Counted from the stretch's first letter, positions 29,084 through 38,070 are shown. The stretch is DNA of 64,000 nucleotides from a bacterium (GCA_018829565.1 JAHJTW010000061.1:119-64118); one strand, 5' to 3'. The notes: generated from the sequence alone by a model not told the origin. Made by a program: numbers and translations.

Positions 29084-29310
29084 CTATGATTTTTTGTTAA
29101 ATTCCATATCAATGCAACGAACCGCGATGACTCCACATTCCTTTCACACTACCCATTGATTTATTTTCATTAGGAACTGGTGGGCTGTTTAATACACTAT
29201 TTGCTGAACCATTCTGCTGTAGCCCACTGAAATGAGATCCTCCGTGTTGATTTTTTATCATGGTGGTTTTCCCATTTCAATCTGTTTCCGGTCCTCCCGT
29301 CGCAATCGGA

Positions 29311-30417
29311 TTACCGCGCAGGATCATTCTGCAGGGCCGCTCTCGCGGCCCGTTCATCCTCGTGCAGGCGGCGGTGGCAGCGGGCGCACAGGGTGATCAG
29401 GTTCGCCAGGTCGTCCGTCCCGCCCTGGGCGGCCGGGACCCGGTGGTGGATCTCGAGGAATCCCGTGTTGGAGCAGCCGGGATACTCGCACGCGTAGCAG
29501 GCACGTCGCAGGACCGCCCGGCGGACGCGGGGCGGGATGACGGATCGGCGACGGCCGTCCAGATCCTCCACGATGGCGTCGCAGGCGGCCGCCGCTAGAA
29601 GGGGCGGCGAGGCCGCAACCTCGCCGCGCGGGGTAGGCAATGCGGCTTCGCCGCATGAAGGGCAGTGAAGGATGATCAGGGAATAGCGCGGGCCCGTGGC
29701 CCCGCCTGATGGCGGGGCCGTTCCGCGCAAAGCATCAATAATGATATCTTCCCGCGCGTTGCCACCGGCTGTCTGTGCGGATTCAACCAGCCGACAGAAC
29801 TCGGCGTAATCCTCCCCCGCGAAAACCAGGGTGACGTGATGCTTCGCATCCAAAGGATGGGGTGGTTTTCGCTGGGGTGCCCTTGCCGTCGGGATGGCCG
29901 CCTTCCGGGGCGGCCCGGGCGGTGTGAGCACGGGAGGACTGCCAGGATGGGCCGCCTCAGCGGGGGCCGATTCAGGGGCAGCCGGTGCTTTCTCCGAAAG
30001 CGCCGGCATTCTGCGCAGTTGCCGGGCCGTCAAGTCCTGGGCGGCATCGATCCATGCGCTCTGATCCGCTGGATCCGCCCGCGTGGTGATCAACTGGGCC
30101 TGGGTCCACGACAGCCGCCCCTCCCCGAGAGCCGATTCCACTTCCGGGAAACTCGGTAACCGTCGAGCCAGGGCGAGGAAGTCCGCGACCTGGCGCTCGG
30201 TCAGGCCGGCCGCCGCCTTCCCGTATGCGGCCATGGTCGAAAATCCGAGCTTGCGGTAGACCCGGCACTCCTTGATCTGCAGCAGGTAGTATGCGGTCCG
30301 CACCAGGTCCTTCCGCAGAGCCTTGACCGAAACCACGAAATTGTTGTGAAGCGACGCTTCGCCCGGCGTCAGGCCTTGCCTGGCGGCCACATCGAGGGAA
30401 ATCCGTTCGTCCGTCAT
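29311..30417 (-). CDS. HNH endonuclease domain protein (DUF222-like N-terminus)
   Basis: C-terminal CYACEYPGCSNTGFLEIHHRVPAAQGGTDDLANLITLCARCHRRLH (HNH with a Cys4 zinc knuckle). The N-terminal helical domain resembles actinobacterial DUF222/13E12-type proteins. Confidence 0.8.
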   Translation of the reverse strand: MTDERISLDVAARQGLTPGEASLHNNFVVSVKALRKDLVRTAYYLLQIKECRVYRKLGFSTMAAYGKAAAGLTERQVADFLALARRLPSFPEVESALGEGRLSWTQAQLITTRADPADQSAWIDAAQDLTARQLRRMPALSEKAPAAPESAPAEAAHPGSPPVLTPPGPPRKAAIPTARAPQRKPPHPLDAKHHVTLVFAGEDYAEFCRLVESAQTAGGNAREDIIIDALRGTAPPSGGATGPRYSLIILHCPSCGEAALPTPRGEVAASPPLLAAAACDAIVEDLDGRRRSVIPPRVRRAVLRRACYACEYPGCSNTGFLEIHHRVPAAQGGTDDLANLITLCARCHRRLHEDERAARAALQNDPAR

Positions 30418-30466
30418 GATTCGGGGACATCCATCCGGGAGACGTCTACCAGATTTCTCACAGCTT

Positions 30467-30497
30467 TGTGACCAAAACCCCCGTCCGGACGGGGGTT
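30467..30497. repeat. 31-nt hairpin repeat, copy 2
   Basis: TGTGACCAAAACCCCCGTCCGGACGGGGGTT, part of a perfect 30-nt palindrome at 30472-30501. It is not downstream of any co-oriented gene. Confidence 0.8.
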
Positions 30498-30618
30498 TTG
30501 GGTCTCTCAGTCAATTATTCCAGCCAATTGCCAAATATCATTGGCCCTGCTCCTTCGGCTCGAACCCTGCAGCATACGCCGTGCCCTCCCTTGCCACGCT
30601 CACCCCGAAGGAGTTAAG

Positions 30619-30864
30619 ATGAGGAAGGACCACAGCGGGGAGAAGTCCATGGCCAACCGAGCGCGCGACTGGTTCGCCCAGGCGGGTTAGGACCTCATCG
30701 ACCGCGGCATGGCCCTGGACAACTTCTACGTCCCCAGCCGCTATCCCAACGGCCACCCCGAAGGCGCTCCCTTCGAGCATTTCGGTAAGCTCCAGAGCAG
30801 CGAGGCGTTGACCCATGCCGGTGCGATCCTTGACTTCGTCCGTGCTGAAATGGCCGGATCGTGA
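30619..30864 (+). pseudogene. decayed HEPN-domain toxin gene (in-frame TAG plus internal deletion)
   Basis: GAAGGAG RBS, then ATG at 30619. Translation MRKDHSGEKSMANRARDWFAQAG*DLIDRGMALDNFYVPSRYPNGHPEGAPFEHF...AGAILDFVRAEMAGS. It keeps the HEPN N-terminal helix and the C-terminal LDxxYIPxRYP block. It lacks the roughly 60 central residues that normally carry the Rx4-6H motif, and it has a TAG at 30688-30690. Confidence 0.65.
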
Positions 30865-31195
30865 CTCCGTCGTGAGGGCCCTCACGGTCTGGGCCCAGCG
30901 CCTGGGCGCTGCGCGCTCCGACCTCCTTCGTGTGGGCTACTTCGGCTCGTACGCCACGGGCCAATGGGGCGTGGGCAGCGATCTGGATCTGGTCCTGGTG
31001 GTCAGCCGCACCGACCGACCCTTCATCGAGCGCGCAAGCCGGTGGGACGCCACCGGGCTGCCCGTGCCTGCGGATGTCATCGTCTACACCCCGGACGAAT
31101 GGGATGCCGTGCTGGCCCGCGCCGACCGCTTCGCCCGCGTCATGGCCGACGAACTCAAGTGGGTGTGGTCGCGCGATGGCAATGGCGACGCTTGA
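30815..31195 (+). CDS. nucleotidyltransferase-domain protein (MNT-type antitoxin partner of HEPN)
   Basis: VGYFGSYATGQWGVGSDLDLVLVV is the GSxxxG..DxD polymerase-beta-type NTase motif. 126 aa. It overlaps the HEPN remnant by 50 nt. Confidence 0.8.
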   Translation: MPVRSLTSSVLKWPDRDSVVRALTVWAQRLGAARSDLLRVGYFGSYATGQWGVGSDLDLVLVVSRTDRPFIERASRWDATGLPVPADVIVYTPDEWDAVLARADRFARVMADELKWVWSRDGNGDA

Positions 31196-31207
31196 GAGCC
31201 GGCGCCC

Positions 31208-33601
31208 TCAATCCTCCTTCGGCGCCACCCAGACCTGCAGGAAGTTCAAGTCTCCCGCCACCGAGATCATGGAGTCGTACATCGAGGGCGCGAACGAAGG
31301 ATCGGGATACACGTACTCCGCTCCCTCCAGCCGCAGGTCCACCACCTCCCCGATGGTCATGAAGTCCAGGTAGTGTGTGCGGTCCACGATTTCGACGAGA
31401 TCGCGCAGCTGGTCGGGCCGGACCCCGCTGTTGGGCCAGCCGTCGTCCGGGACGTCATTGCTGTCGTGCCAGTAGAGGATGACCGGCGCCTGCCCGTAAT
31501 CCGTGTAGCTGGAGTCGACGATGTCCATCAGGGAATCCTCGAGGGCCATGCCGGTCACCTCGCCGCCCCATGATCCGAAGACCGCCGTCGAGTTGAGGGT
31601 TCCCAGGGCGAACATGTTGACGTGGGCGTACCAGCCGAGGGGCGTGTAAGGGCCCACGGCGTTGTTCCAGGTCGTGGGCCTGGTGCCCCGGGCCGACCGG
31701 TAGCCGTTGGCCACCAGGCGGCTGATGCCCTGGAGCGAAAGGGCCTCGTGGATGTTCCCGTCGGATGCGGCGGGCCAGGCGAAGTCCCGCAGGGTCAAGG
31801 TGTCCCGGGGATGGGTGAAGAGGGTGTCCACCCAGCCTCGCGCGATCTGGAAATCGATCTGCCTGTCGGTGTCGAGTTCGCCCAGGGCGCTGTGGTAGAT
31901 TGTGTGGAGGACGATGTCCATGCGGGGATCCTCGTTGATCGAATCCAGCTGGGCCTTCGTGATGGCAGGTGTGCCCCCGCGCCAGAAGTCACCCACGACG
32001 ACCTCCGAGTAGCCGTGCCCTGCCTCGGACATGATGTGGTAGAACCTGGCGTGGCTCGAGTCCCCATCGTCGACCGACATGACGATGGGCACCCGTACGC
32101 CGTCCCAGGGCTTCGAGCCGCGTTCCCTCACCGCCGTGATGGCAAGGCAGGGATTGCCCCGGGCGATCCGCGGGTAGGTGTTTCCGCAGGACCACGAGGT
32201 GATCATCGTCGGGGTGCCCGCGGTGTACACCGCGAAGAGCATCCCCCGGCCCTGATTGCCGTCGTCCACCACCTGCTGGACCGGGTCGGTGGCATCCAGT
32301 CTGATTCCCCAGTTCGACGCGTCCACGCTCCCGTCGCCCAGGATTCCTCCGGCCTCGTTGACCGCGCCACGGGGTCCGAAATCGTGCCAGTCGTCACGCG
32401 CCGCAAGGGGCGGGGTCCAGGAGACCATGGAACCGGCATCGACGTGGTTCCAGGTCGTGTTCAGCCAGGCCGGGTCGGAGTTCGGCGACCCCGAAGCCAC
32501 CATGGCGTAGTCGGCCGTCAGGGTATCCAGCCGGCAGGCCGCGTATCCGGTCGTGAGGTTGTTGATGCCGTACCGCATGACGTTCAGACAGATCCCGGCG
32601 TCGAGGATGCGGCAATCAGGCGGCAGGGCGGAAGTGTCGAACCAGATGAACATGTGGCTGGGCGGCGGTGTGCGGTTGTCCTCGGAAGCCCGACTCGTGT
32701 AGGTGCCATTGGGGTTGAAATTGATGGCATCAGGACTGGCGGCGCTCACGCCGCCATAGCGCAGGAAACGGCCAGGCGCGCCCTCGATGATGGTGTCGTA
32801 GGCTGCGTCCGCAAGGACCCAGCCCGAATCCGCCGCCGTCACGTTGGGGAAGGCGAGATCCCTGATGAGGATGCGGAAGGTGTCCGCTGGGGCCTGTGAC
32901 AGGGGGACCAGGCGGGCGAGGTGATTCACCGTCCCCTCGGGGATGGCCACCCGGTCCCAGAGGCAGGGTTCGTAGCCTTCCCTGGTGAACTCCACCCGTG
33001 CGCTGTCCACCATGGCCGGGATAGTCTTGGCCCCGGAGACATCCCCGGCGAGGGGAACGAAATCGATCCCTATGGCCCGGGGCCTTCCGGAGATTCTCCG
33101 AATGATTCTGCCCTCGCTCGGGCCCGGGATGATGGCCGCGAAGTATGTGCCGTAGGGCAGCCCCCTCGGCAAGTTCACCACCCCACCGGCAGCGGAACCG
33201 GAGGCCAGGCATCGCCCCCGCACGTCGTAGATCTCCACCCGGACCGGGTTCGACGACTTGATTCCGTCACCGGATAGCTCGAAATGAACCGTACCCGTTG
33301 AGGGATTGGGATACCCACGGGAAACGCTCAGGCCGGCAGGTACCAGGGGAACCGGGGATACGCTCCGCCATTCGATCTCCCCCGCTCCCATCCCGTCGGT
33401 CCAACCCCGGACGGTGTCGGGCGCCGCCGATTCAGGATTGAAGACGTAGGTATAACGGACGCCGGCAAGAGGAAGCCCGGTCGCTGAGTCTTCGGTGAGG
33501 ATCCGGATGGTGGTTCCTGGGGATGGGGAGGGCATCGCAAGGATCCCGAACACAACCAAAAACCAAAAACCAAAATAATAACGGTATTCCAATGTAGGCA
33601 T
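31208..33601 (-). CDS. surface protein: N-terminal signal anchor, internal FlgD/T9SS-like domain, C-terminal NodB-like polysaccharide deacetylase region
   Basis: YPNPSTGTVHFELS...VEIYDVRGRCLASG...GTYFAAI at residues ~95-160. NodB-like motifs VMSVDDGDSS, HTIYH, FAWPAASDG, VILYWHDS. Confidence 0.6.
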   Translation of the reverse strand: MPTLEYRYYFGFWFLVVFGILAMPSPSPGTTIRILTEDSATGLPLAGVRYTYVFNPESAAPDTVRGWTDGMGAGEIEWRSVSPVPLVPAGLSVSRGYPNPSTGTVHFELSGDGIKSSNPVRVEIYDVRGRCLASGSAAGGVVNLPRGLPYGTYFAAIIPGPSEGRIIRRISGRPRAIGIDFVPLAGDVSGAKTIPAMVDSARVEFTREGYEPCLWDRVAIPEGTVNHLARLVPLSQAPADTFRILIRDLAFPNVTAADSGWVLADAAYDTIIEGAPGRFLRYGGVSAASPDAINFNPNGTYTSRASEDNRTPPPSHMFIWFDTSALPPDCRILDAGICLNVMRYGINNLTTGYAACRLDTLTADYAMVASGSPNSDPAWLNTTWNHVDAGSMVSWTPPLAARDDWHDFGPRGAVNEAGGILGDGSVDASNWGIRLDATDPVQQVVDDGNQGRGMLFAVYTAGTPTMITSWSCGNTYPRIARGNPCLAITAVRERGSKPWDGVRVPIVMSVDDGDSSHARFYHIMSEAGHGYSEVVVGDFWRGGTPAITKAQLDSINEDPRMDIVLHTIYHSALGELDTDRQIDFQIARGWVDTLFTHPRDTLTLRDFAWPAASDGNIHEALSLQGISRLVANGYRSARGTRPTTWNNAVGPYTPLGWYAHVNMFALGTLNSTAVFGSWGGEVTGMALEDSLMDIVDSSYTDYGQAPVILYWHDSNDVPDDGWPNSGVRPDQLRDLVEIVDRTHYLDFMTIGEVVDLRLEGAEYVYPDPSFAPSMYDSMISVAGDLNFLQVWVAPKED

Positions 33602-33921
33602 ATATCACCACCGATAGAATGAAAATATTGGCAGACAACAAATAATGGGAATTCACCAAATGTTTCGGCCTGCCTGTATCGATATCCCTGGGGCAAGATA
33701 TGGGGCCCCGCATCAGGAATGAGTCTAACATGACTCAAGGGGTGGAGCCAAGCTGAAAACGAATCATTTCATCCAACAACGACCGACCGGCCAATCCTGA
33801 GATAACCGCATGCCCGGCATCATCAATCCTTCAACCTCGCGGAATCACTGCCGATATCCTGGGAGATGGCGATCCCACCCGGGGCGCCCGCCCCAGCCCG
33901 CATGCCGCAGGGGGATACCGC

Positions 33922-35127
33922 GTGGAAAAGCAGATCCTGGTCCTGGTCGTCGAGGACAGCATCACCGTCCAGCGCATGGTCCGCCAGATGCTCCAGGACG
34001 ACCCGGGCCACCGGTTCGACGTCCTCGCCTGCGACAATCTGGGGGACGCGGCGACCATCCTGGTCGAGCAGCCCATCGACGTCATCATCCTGGACCTCAC
34101 CCTGCCTGAATGCACCGGTGTGGAGACCGTCAACCGGGTCCGGGCCATGGATCCCGACGTGCCCATCGTGGTGTTCACCGGGTGCGAGGACGACAACCTG
34201 GCCATGGCGGCCATGCACATGGGCGCCGACGACTTCCTGGTCAAGCGGGAGGTCCGGCAGGGATCGCTGCTCAGCCGCACCCTGCGCTACACCATCGAGA
34301 AGAAGCGGGCCCGCCTCGCCCTGGACCGTTACGCCCTGGAGATGGAGCGGCTGGCCGAGGCCCGCGCGCGCCAGCTGTTGCACCAGGACCGGCTGGCGAC
34401 CATCGGCACCATGTCGGCCGGGGTGGCCCACGAGATCAAGAATCCCCTGGCCTTCATGTCCGGCAACGCCCAGGCCTTGAAGGATCTCTGGCCGGAAGTC
34501 GAGGGCTGTCTGAGGAACTGTCTGGAAAAGGAGATCGGGGACGGGGAGGAGATCACCTACATCCTCGATGAGGTCCCCTCCATGCTCGCCGACATCCAGT
34601 CGGGAACCGAGCGCATCCTGGAGATCACCGAGGGGCTGAAGAACTTCGCCCGCAAGAACACCAGCGAGACCTCGGCGGCGACCGTCGAGAGCTGCATCGA
34701 CGGGGCGCTGCTCCTCTGCCGCAACCTGCTGAAGTACGGGATCGAGGTGGAGAAGGATTTCGCAGCGGGCGAACCGCCCCTGCCGCTCCAACCCCAGCGC
34801 ATGACCCAGGTGTTCGTGAACCTGTTCACCAACGCCGCCCAGGCCATGGACGGCAAGGGTACGCTGGCCATCAGCACCGCCATCGAAGGCGAGGACCTGA
34901 TCGTGCGCGTCCGCGACTCCGGCCCGGGCATCCCCGACGAGACCCTCGAGTCCATCTGGGAGCCCTTCTTCACCACCAAGCCCGAAGGGGTGGGCACCGG
35001 CCTGGGCCTGTCCATCTGCCGCAAGATCATCGAGGAGCACCGGGGCACTCTCACGGTCGCCAGCGGCGGTCAGGGTGCCGAATTCACCCTGGTCATTCCG
35101 CTTCAACCCATGCCTGCGGTGGTCTAA
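33922..35127 (+). CDS. soluble hybrid REC-HisKA-HATPase sensor kinase
   Basis: GTG start. ILVLVVEDS...VIILDLTLPE (receiver), SAGVAHEIKNPLAF (H-box), RVRDSGPGIP, GTGLGLSICRKIIEEHRG (G-boxes). Confidence 0.85.
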   Translation: MEKQILVLVVEDSITVQRMVRQMLQDDPGHRFDVLACDNLGDAATILVEQPIDVIILDLTLPECTGVETVNRVRAMDPDVPIVVFTGCEDDNLAMAAMHMGADDFLVKREVRQGSLLSRTLRYTIEKKRARLALDRYALEMERLAEARARQLLHQDRLATIGTMSAGVAHEIKNPLAFMSGNAQALKDLWPEVEGCLRNCLEKEIGDGEEITYILDEVPSMLADIQSGTERILEITEGLKNFARKNTSETSAATVESCIDGALLLCRNLLKYGIEVEKDFAAGEPPLPLQPQRMTQVFVNLFTNAAQAMDGKGTLAISTAIEGEDLIVRVRDSGPGIPDETLESIWEPFFTTKPEGVGTGLGLSICRKIIEEHRGTLTVASGGQGAEFTLVIPLQPMPAVV

Positions 35128-35147
35128 GACCATCGGACCGGAATATA

Positions 35148-35173
35148 CGAACCCCCGCCGCAGCGGGGGTTCG
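35148..35173. terminator. GC hairpin between the convergent kinase and ptrB genes
   Basis: CGAACCCCCGC-cgca-GCGGGGGTTCG. Confidence 0.45.
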
Positions 35174-35198
35174 CTATTCGAGGATCAAGAGCCGGGAA

Positions 35199-37316
35199 TC
35201 ACTTCGTGATTCCCAGCCTGTCCAGCATGAACGCGTAGCTCAGCGCGGTCTCCTCCAGCCGCCGGAAGCGACCCGACTTGCCGCCGTGGCCCGCATCCAT
35301 GTTGGTCTTCAGCAGCAGCGGATTCAGGTCCGTCTTCTTCACCCGCAGCTTCGCCACCCACTTGGCGGGTTCGAAGTACTGCACCTGGCTGTCGTGAAGG
35401 CCGGTAGTGACCAGCATGGCCGGATAGTCCTGCGCCTTCACCTGGTCGTAGGGCGAGTAGCTCAGCATGTAGTCGTAATAGGTCTTGTCGTGGGGATTGC
35501 CCCACTCGTCGTACTCGCCGGTGGTCAGGGGGATCGAGTCGTCCATCATGGTCGTGACCACATCCACGAAGGGCACGTGGGCAATGACCCCCTCCCACAA
35601 CTCGGGAGCCAGGTTCACGATCGCGCCCATCAACAGGCCTCCGGCCGAGCCGCCCATGGCGAACATCTTGTCGGGCGCGGTGTAGCCGCGGTCGACGAGG
35701 AAGCGCCCGCAGTCGATGAAATCGTTGAAGGTGTTCATCTTCTTCAGCAGCTTGCCGTCCTCGTACCACTGGCGGCCCATCTCCTGCCCCCCGCGGATGT
35801 GGGCGATGGCGTAGACGAATCCCCGATCGAGCAGGCTGAGCACGGAGGGGTTGAATCCGGCGTCCTGGCTGTAGCCGTACGATCCGTAAGCGTACAGAAG
35901 GAGAGGATGTGAGCCATCCTTCATCATGCCCTTGCGGTGTACGAGCGAGACGGGTACAAGGACGCCGTCCCGCGCCGGGACGTGCAGATATTCCGCGACG
36001 TAATCGGTGGAGTTGAACCCTCCCAGGACCTCCTCCTGCTTCAGCAGGGTCCGAGCACGAGTCGCCATGTCGTACTCGTAGGTGCTCATGGGCGTGGTCA
36101 GCGAGGTGTAGCCGAAGCGCAGCTTGTCGGTGTCCAGCGTGGGATTGAAGGCGATCCACGCGGACCAGGTGGGATCGGCGAACTCGAGCAGGTGGGATGC
36201 GCCGCCGTCCAGGGGCCGCACCGCCAGGTGACTGAGCCCGTCGATCCGTTCCTCCGTTACCAGCCAGCGGTCGAAGACCTCGACGTTTTCCAGCAACACG
36301 TCGGTGCGGTGCGGGATGATCTCGTGCCAGGCTACCAGGTCGGTGCGGTCAAGGGGGCTTTCCATCAGCCGGAAGTTGGGGGCGTCCAGGTTGGTGCGGA
36401 TCACCCAGCGGTCGCCCTGGTGGTCGATGTGGTACTCCAGGTCGCGCATGCGGGGCTGGAAGACGCGGAAACCGCCGTCCGGTTGGTCCGCCTTGAGGAT
36501 GCGGTACTCGGTGCTGAGGGTCTGGTCACAGGAGATCAAGAGGAATCGATCGCTCTTCGAGCGACCGATGCGACAGGTGAACGTGTCGTCGTCCTCCTGG
36601 TAGACCAGCACGTCGGAGTTCACCGGCCTCCCCAGCTCGTGGCGCCAGATCTGGTAGGAGCGCAGGGTGACCGGATCCTGCTTCGCGTAGAAGATCGTGC
36701 GGTTGTCCAGGGCCCAGACGGCGTTGCCGGTGACCTGCGGGATCACGTCGGGCAGGTCGGCGCCGGTCTCCAGGTTCTTCACGTGCAGGTCGTAGAACCG
36801 GCGGCCGACGGTGTCGACGGCATAGACCAGGAGCTTCGTGTCGGGACTGACCTCCACGCCCCGCAACGAGAAGTAGGAATGGCCTTCGGCCATTCCATTG
36901 CCATCGAGCATCACCTGCTCGGGCGCGTCCATGCTGCCGGGCCGCCGGCAATGCAACGCGTATTCTCCGCCCTCGATGAACCGGGTGTAGTAAAAATACC
37001 CGTCCTTGAAATAGGGAACCGAGGCGTCGTCCTTCTTGATCCGGCCCTTCATCTCCTTGAAGAGCTTGTCCTGCAGACCCTCGGTGTGATCCAGCATGGC
37101 CTCGAGGTACTCGTTCTCGGCCTCGAGATAGGCGATCACCTCGGGGTCGTCCCGCTGATTGAGCCAGTAGTAGTCGTCCACGCGCACGTCGCCGTGCGCG
37201 GTGAGCTGATGCGGCCGGACAGCCGCCACGGGCGCCTCTGGCGCCCTCTTGCTGCACCCGGCCAGAGCCGCCAGGACCAGCACGACGCTCAGCGATACCT
37301 TGCAGAACCTGTTCAT
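35199..37316 (-). CDS. ptrB: oligopeptidase B / prolyl oligopeptidase family S9A lipoprotein
   Basis: ATG at 37316. Lipobox LAALAGCS. RVDDYYWL, beta-propeller region, catalytic GGSAGGLLMG and the C-terminal DAGHGG block. Confidence 0.85.
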   Translation of the reverse strand: MNRFCKVSLSVVLVLAALAGCSKRAPEAPVAAVRPHQLTAHGDVRVDDYYWLNQRDDPEVIAYLEAENEYLEAMLDHTEGLQDKLFKEMKGRIKKDDASVPYFKDGYFYYTRFIEGGEYALHCRRPGSMDAPEQVMLDGNGMAEGHSYFSLRGVEVSPDTKLLVYAVDTVGRRFYDLHVKNLETGADLPDVIPQVTGNAVWALDNRTIFYAKQDPVTLRSYQIWRHELGRPVNSDVLVYQEDDDTFTCRIGRSKSDRFLLISCDQTLSTEYRILKADQPDGGFRVFQPRMRDLEYHIDHQGDRWVIRTNLDAPNFRLMESPLDRTDLVAWHEIIPHRTDVLLENVEVFDRWLVTEERIDGLSHLAVRPLDGGASHLLEFADPTWSAWIAFNPTLDTDKLRFGYTSLTTPMSTYEYDMATRARTLLKQEEVLGGFNSTDYVAEYLHVPARDGVLVPVSLVHRKGMMKDGSHPLLLYAYGSYGYSQDAGFNPSVLSLLDRGFVYAIAHIRGGQEMGRQWYEDGKLLKKMNTFNDFIDCGRFLVDRGYTAPDKMFAMGGSAGGLLMGAIVNLAPELWEGVIAHVPFVDVVTTMMDDSIPLTTGEYDEWGNPHDKTYYDYMLSYSPYDQVKAQDYPAMLVTTGLHDSQVQYFEPAKWVAKLRVKKTDLNPLLLKTNMDAGHGGKSGRFRRLEETALSYAFMLDRLGITK

Positions 37317-37320
37317 GCGT

Positions 37321-38070
37321 TCACCTCTCGGCGGCCACCAGCACCTCGGTGGCCAGGAAGGGACAGGGTGTACAGTCGCCGCGGAAAATAGCACGGCGGG
37401 CCGTCCGCTGCACGGACGGCCAGGGGATCATGTCCATGGGCGCCGTCAGGCGCCTCGTATCGGTAATCGTGAACCCGGCGGACTCGACCAGGGCGACGAT
37501 CTCCCGCCTGCGGTAGATCCGCGCCCGGGCCCAGCGGTCGTGCAGGCGTTTGGGCCACCAGCTCACCAGGGGCACCCGGTTCCAGGGCAGCAACGGCAGA
37601 TCGGCACCGTGGGTTTCGAAGATCCACCACCGGTTGGGCACGGAGATGATCAAACAGCCCCCAGGCCGAAGCACCCGTCGCATCTCGGCCAGGGCCGCCG
37701 CCTCGTCCGGAACGTGCTCCAGCACGGTGAACGAAATCACCACGTCCGCGCACCCGTCAGGCAGGGGCATGCGGCCGCCCTCAAGGGCGGCCGCGGTCAC
37801 CCGGTCCCCCCACCCCTCGGCGTCGATTCTTCGCCGAAACGCCTCCAGGAACGCCGGCTCGACATCCACCCCCGTCACCCGGTCGAACAACGGAACGAAC
37901 AGCGCCGTCTGGGCCCCGTTGCCGCAGCCGAAGTCGACCAGATGCCCGCCCTTGGCGGGCATCAAAGGCGCGACGAGCCGCAGGCGCCGGCCCAGCAGGA
38001 ACTGGCCCTCGTCCGCCGGCTTGCCCCCCGCCAGGTGGGCCGGGCTCGCGGATGAATTCTGCGGGTTCAA
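37321..38070 (-). CDS. class I SAM-dependent methyltransferase
   Basis: Motif I VDFGCGNGAQT and post-I/II ADVVISFTVLEHVPD...LRPGGCLIISVPN. The TTG at 38070 has AGAAGGAGA 8 nt upstream; an alternative ATG lies at 38103. Confidence 0.75.
   Translation of the reverse strand: MNPQNSSASPAHLAGGKPADEGQFLLGRRLRLVAPLMPAKGGHLVDFGCGNGAQTALFVPLFDRVTGVDVEPAFLEAFRRRIDAEGWGDRVTAAALEGGRMPLPDGCADVVISFTVLEHVPDEAAALAEMRRVLRPGGCLIISVPNRWWIFETHGADLPLLPWNRVPLVSWWPKRLHDRWARARIYRRREIVALVESAGFTITDTRRLTAPMDMIPWPSVQRTARRAIFRGDCTPCPFLATEVLVAAER

Larger units (their letters stand above)
29053..30497. mobile_element. candidate inserted segment: HNH gene plus AT-rich tail bounded by direct 31-nt repeats
   Basis: Direct repeats at both ends. 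160 bp at about 40% G+C (hand count over 29101-29260) next to coding DNA at about 70% G+C. A single HNH ORF. No integrase or transposase is seen. Confidence 0.35.

Noticed and set aside
30538-30885. 115-aa minus-strand ORF across the HEPN remnant.
   Set aside because: It is antisense to a frame that has an RBS, an ATG and recognisable HEPN blocks. Its own translation has no motifs and no start context.
33700-33730. tRNA-like anticodon stem-loop GAGTC-taacat-GACTC in the AT-rich gap before the kinase gene.
   Set aside because: The loop is 6 nt rather than 7. No acceptor, D or T arms can be drawn around it, and there is no GTTC-type T-loop.
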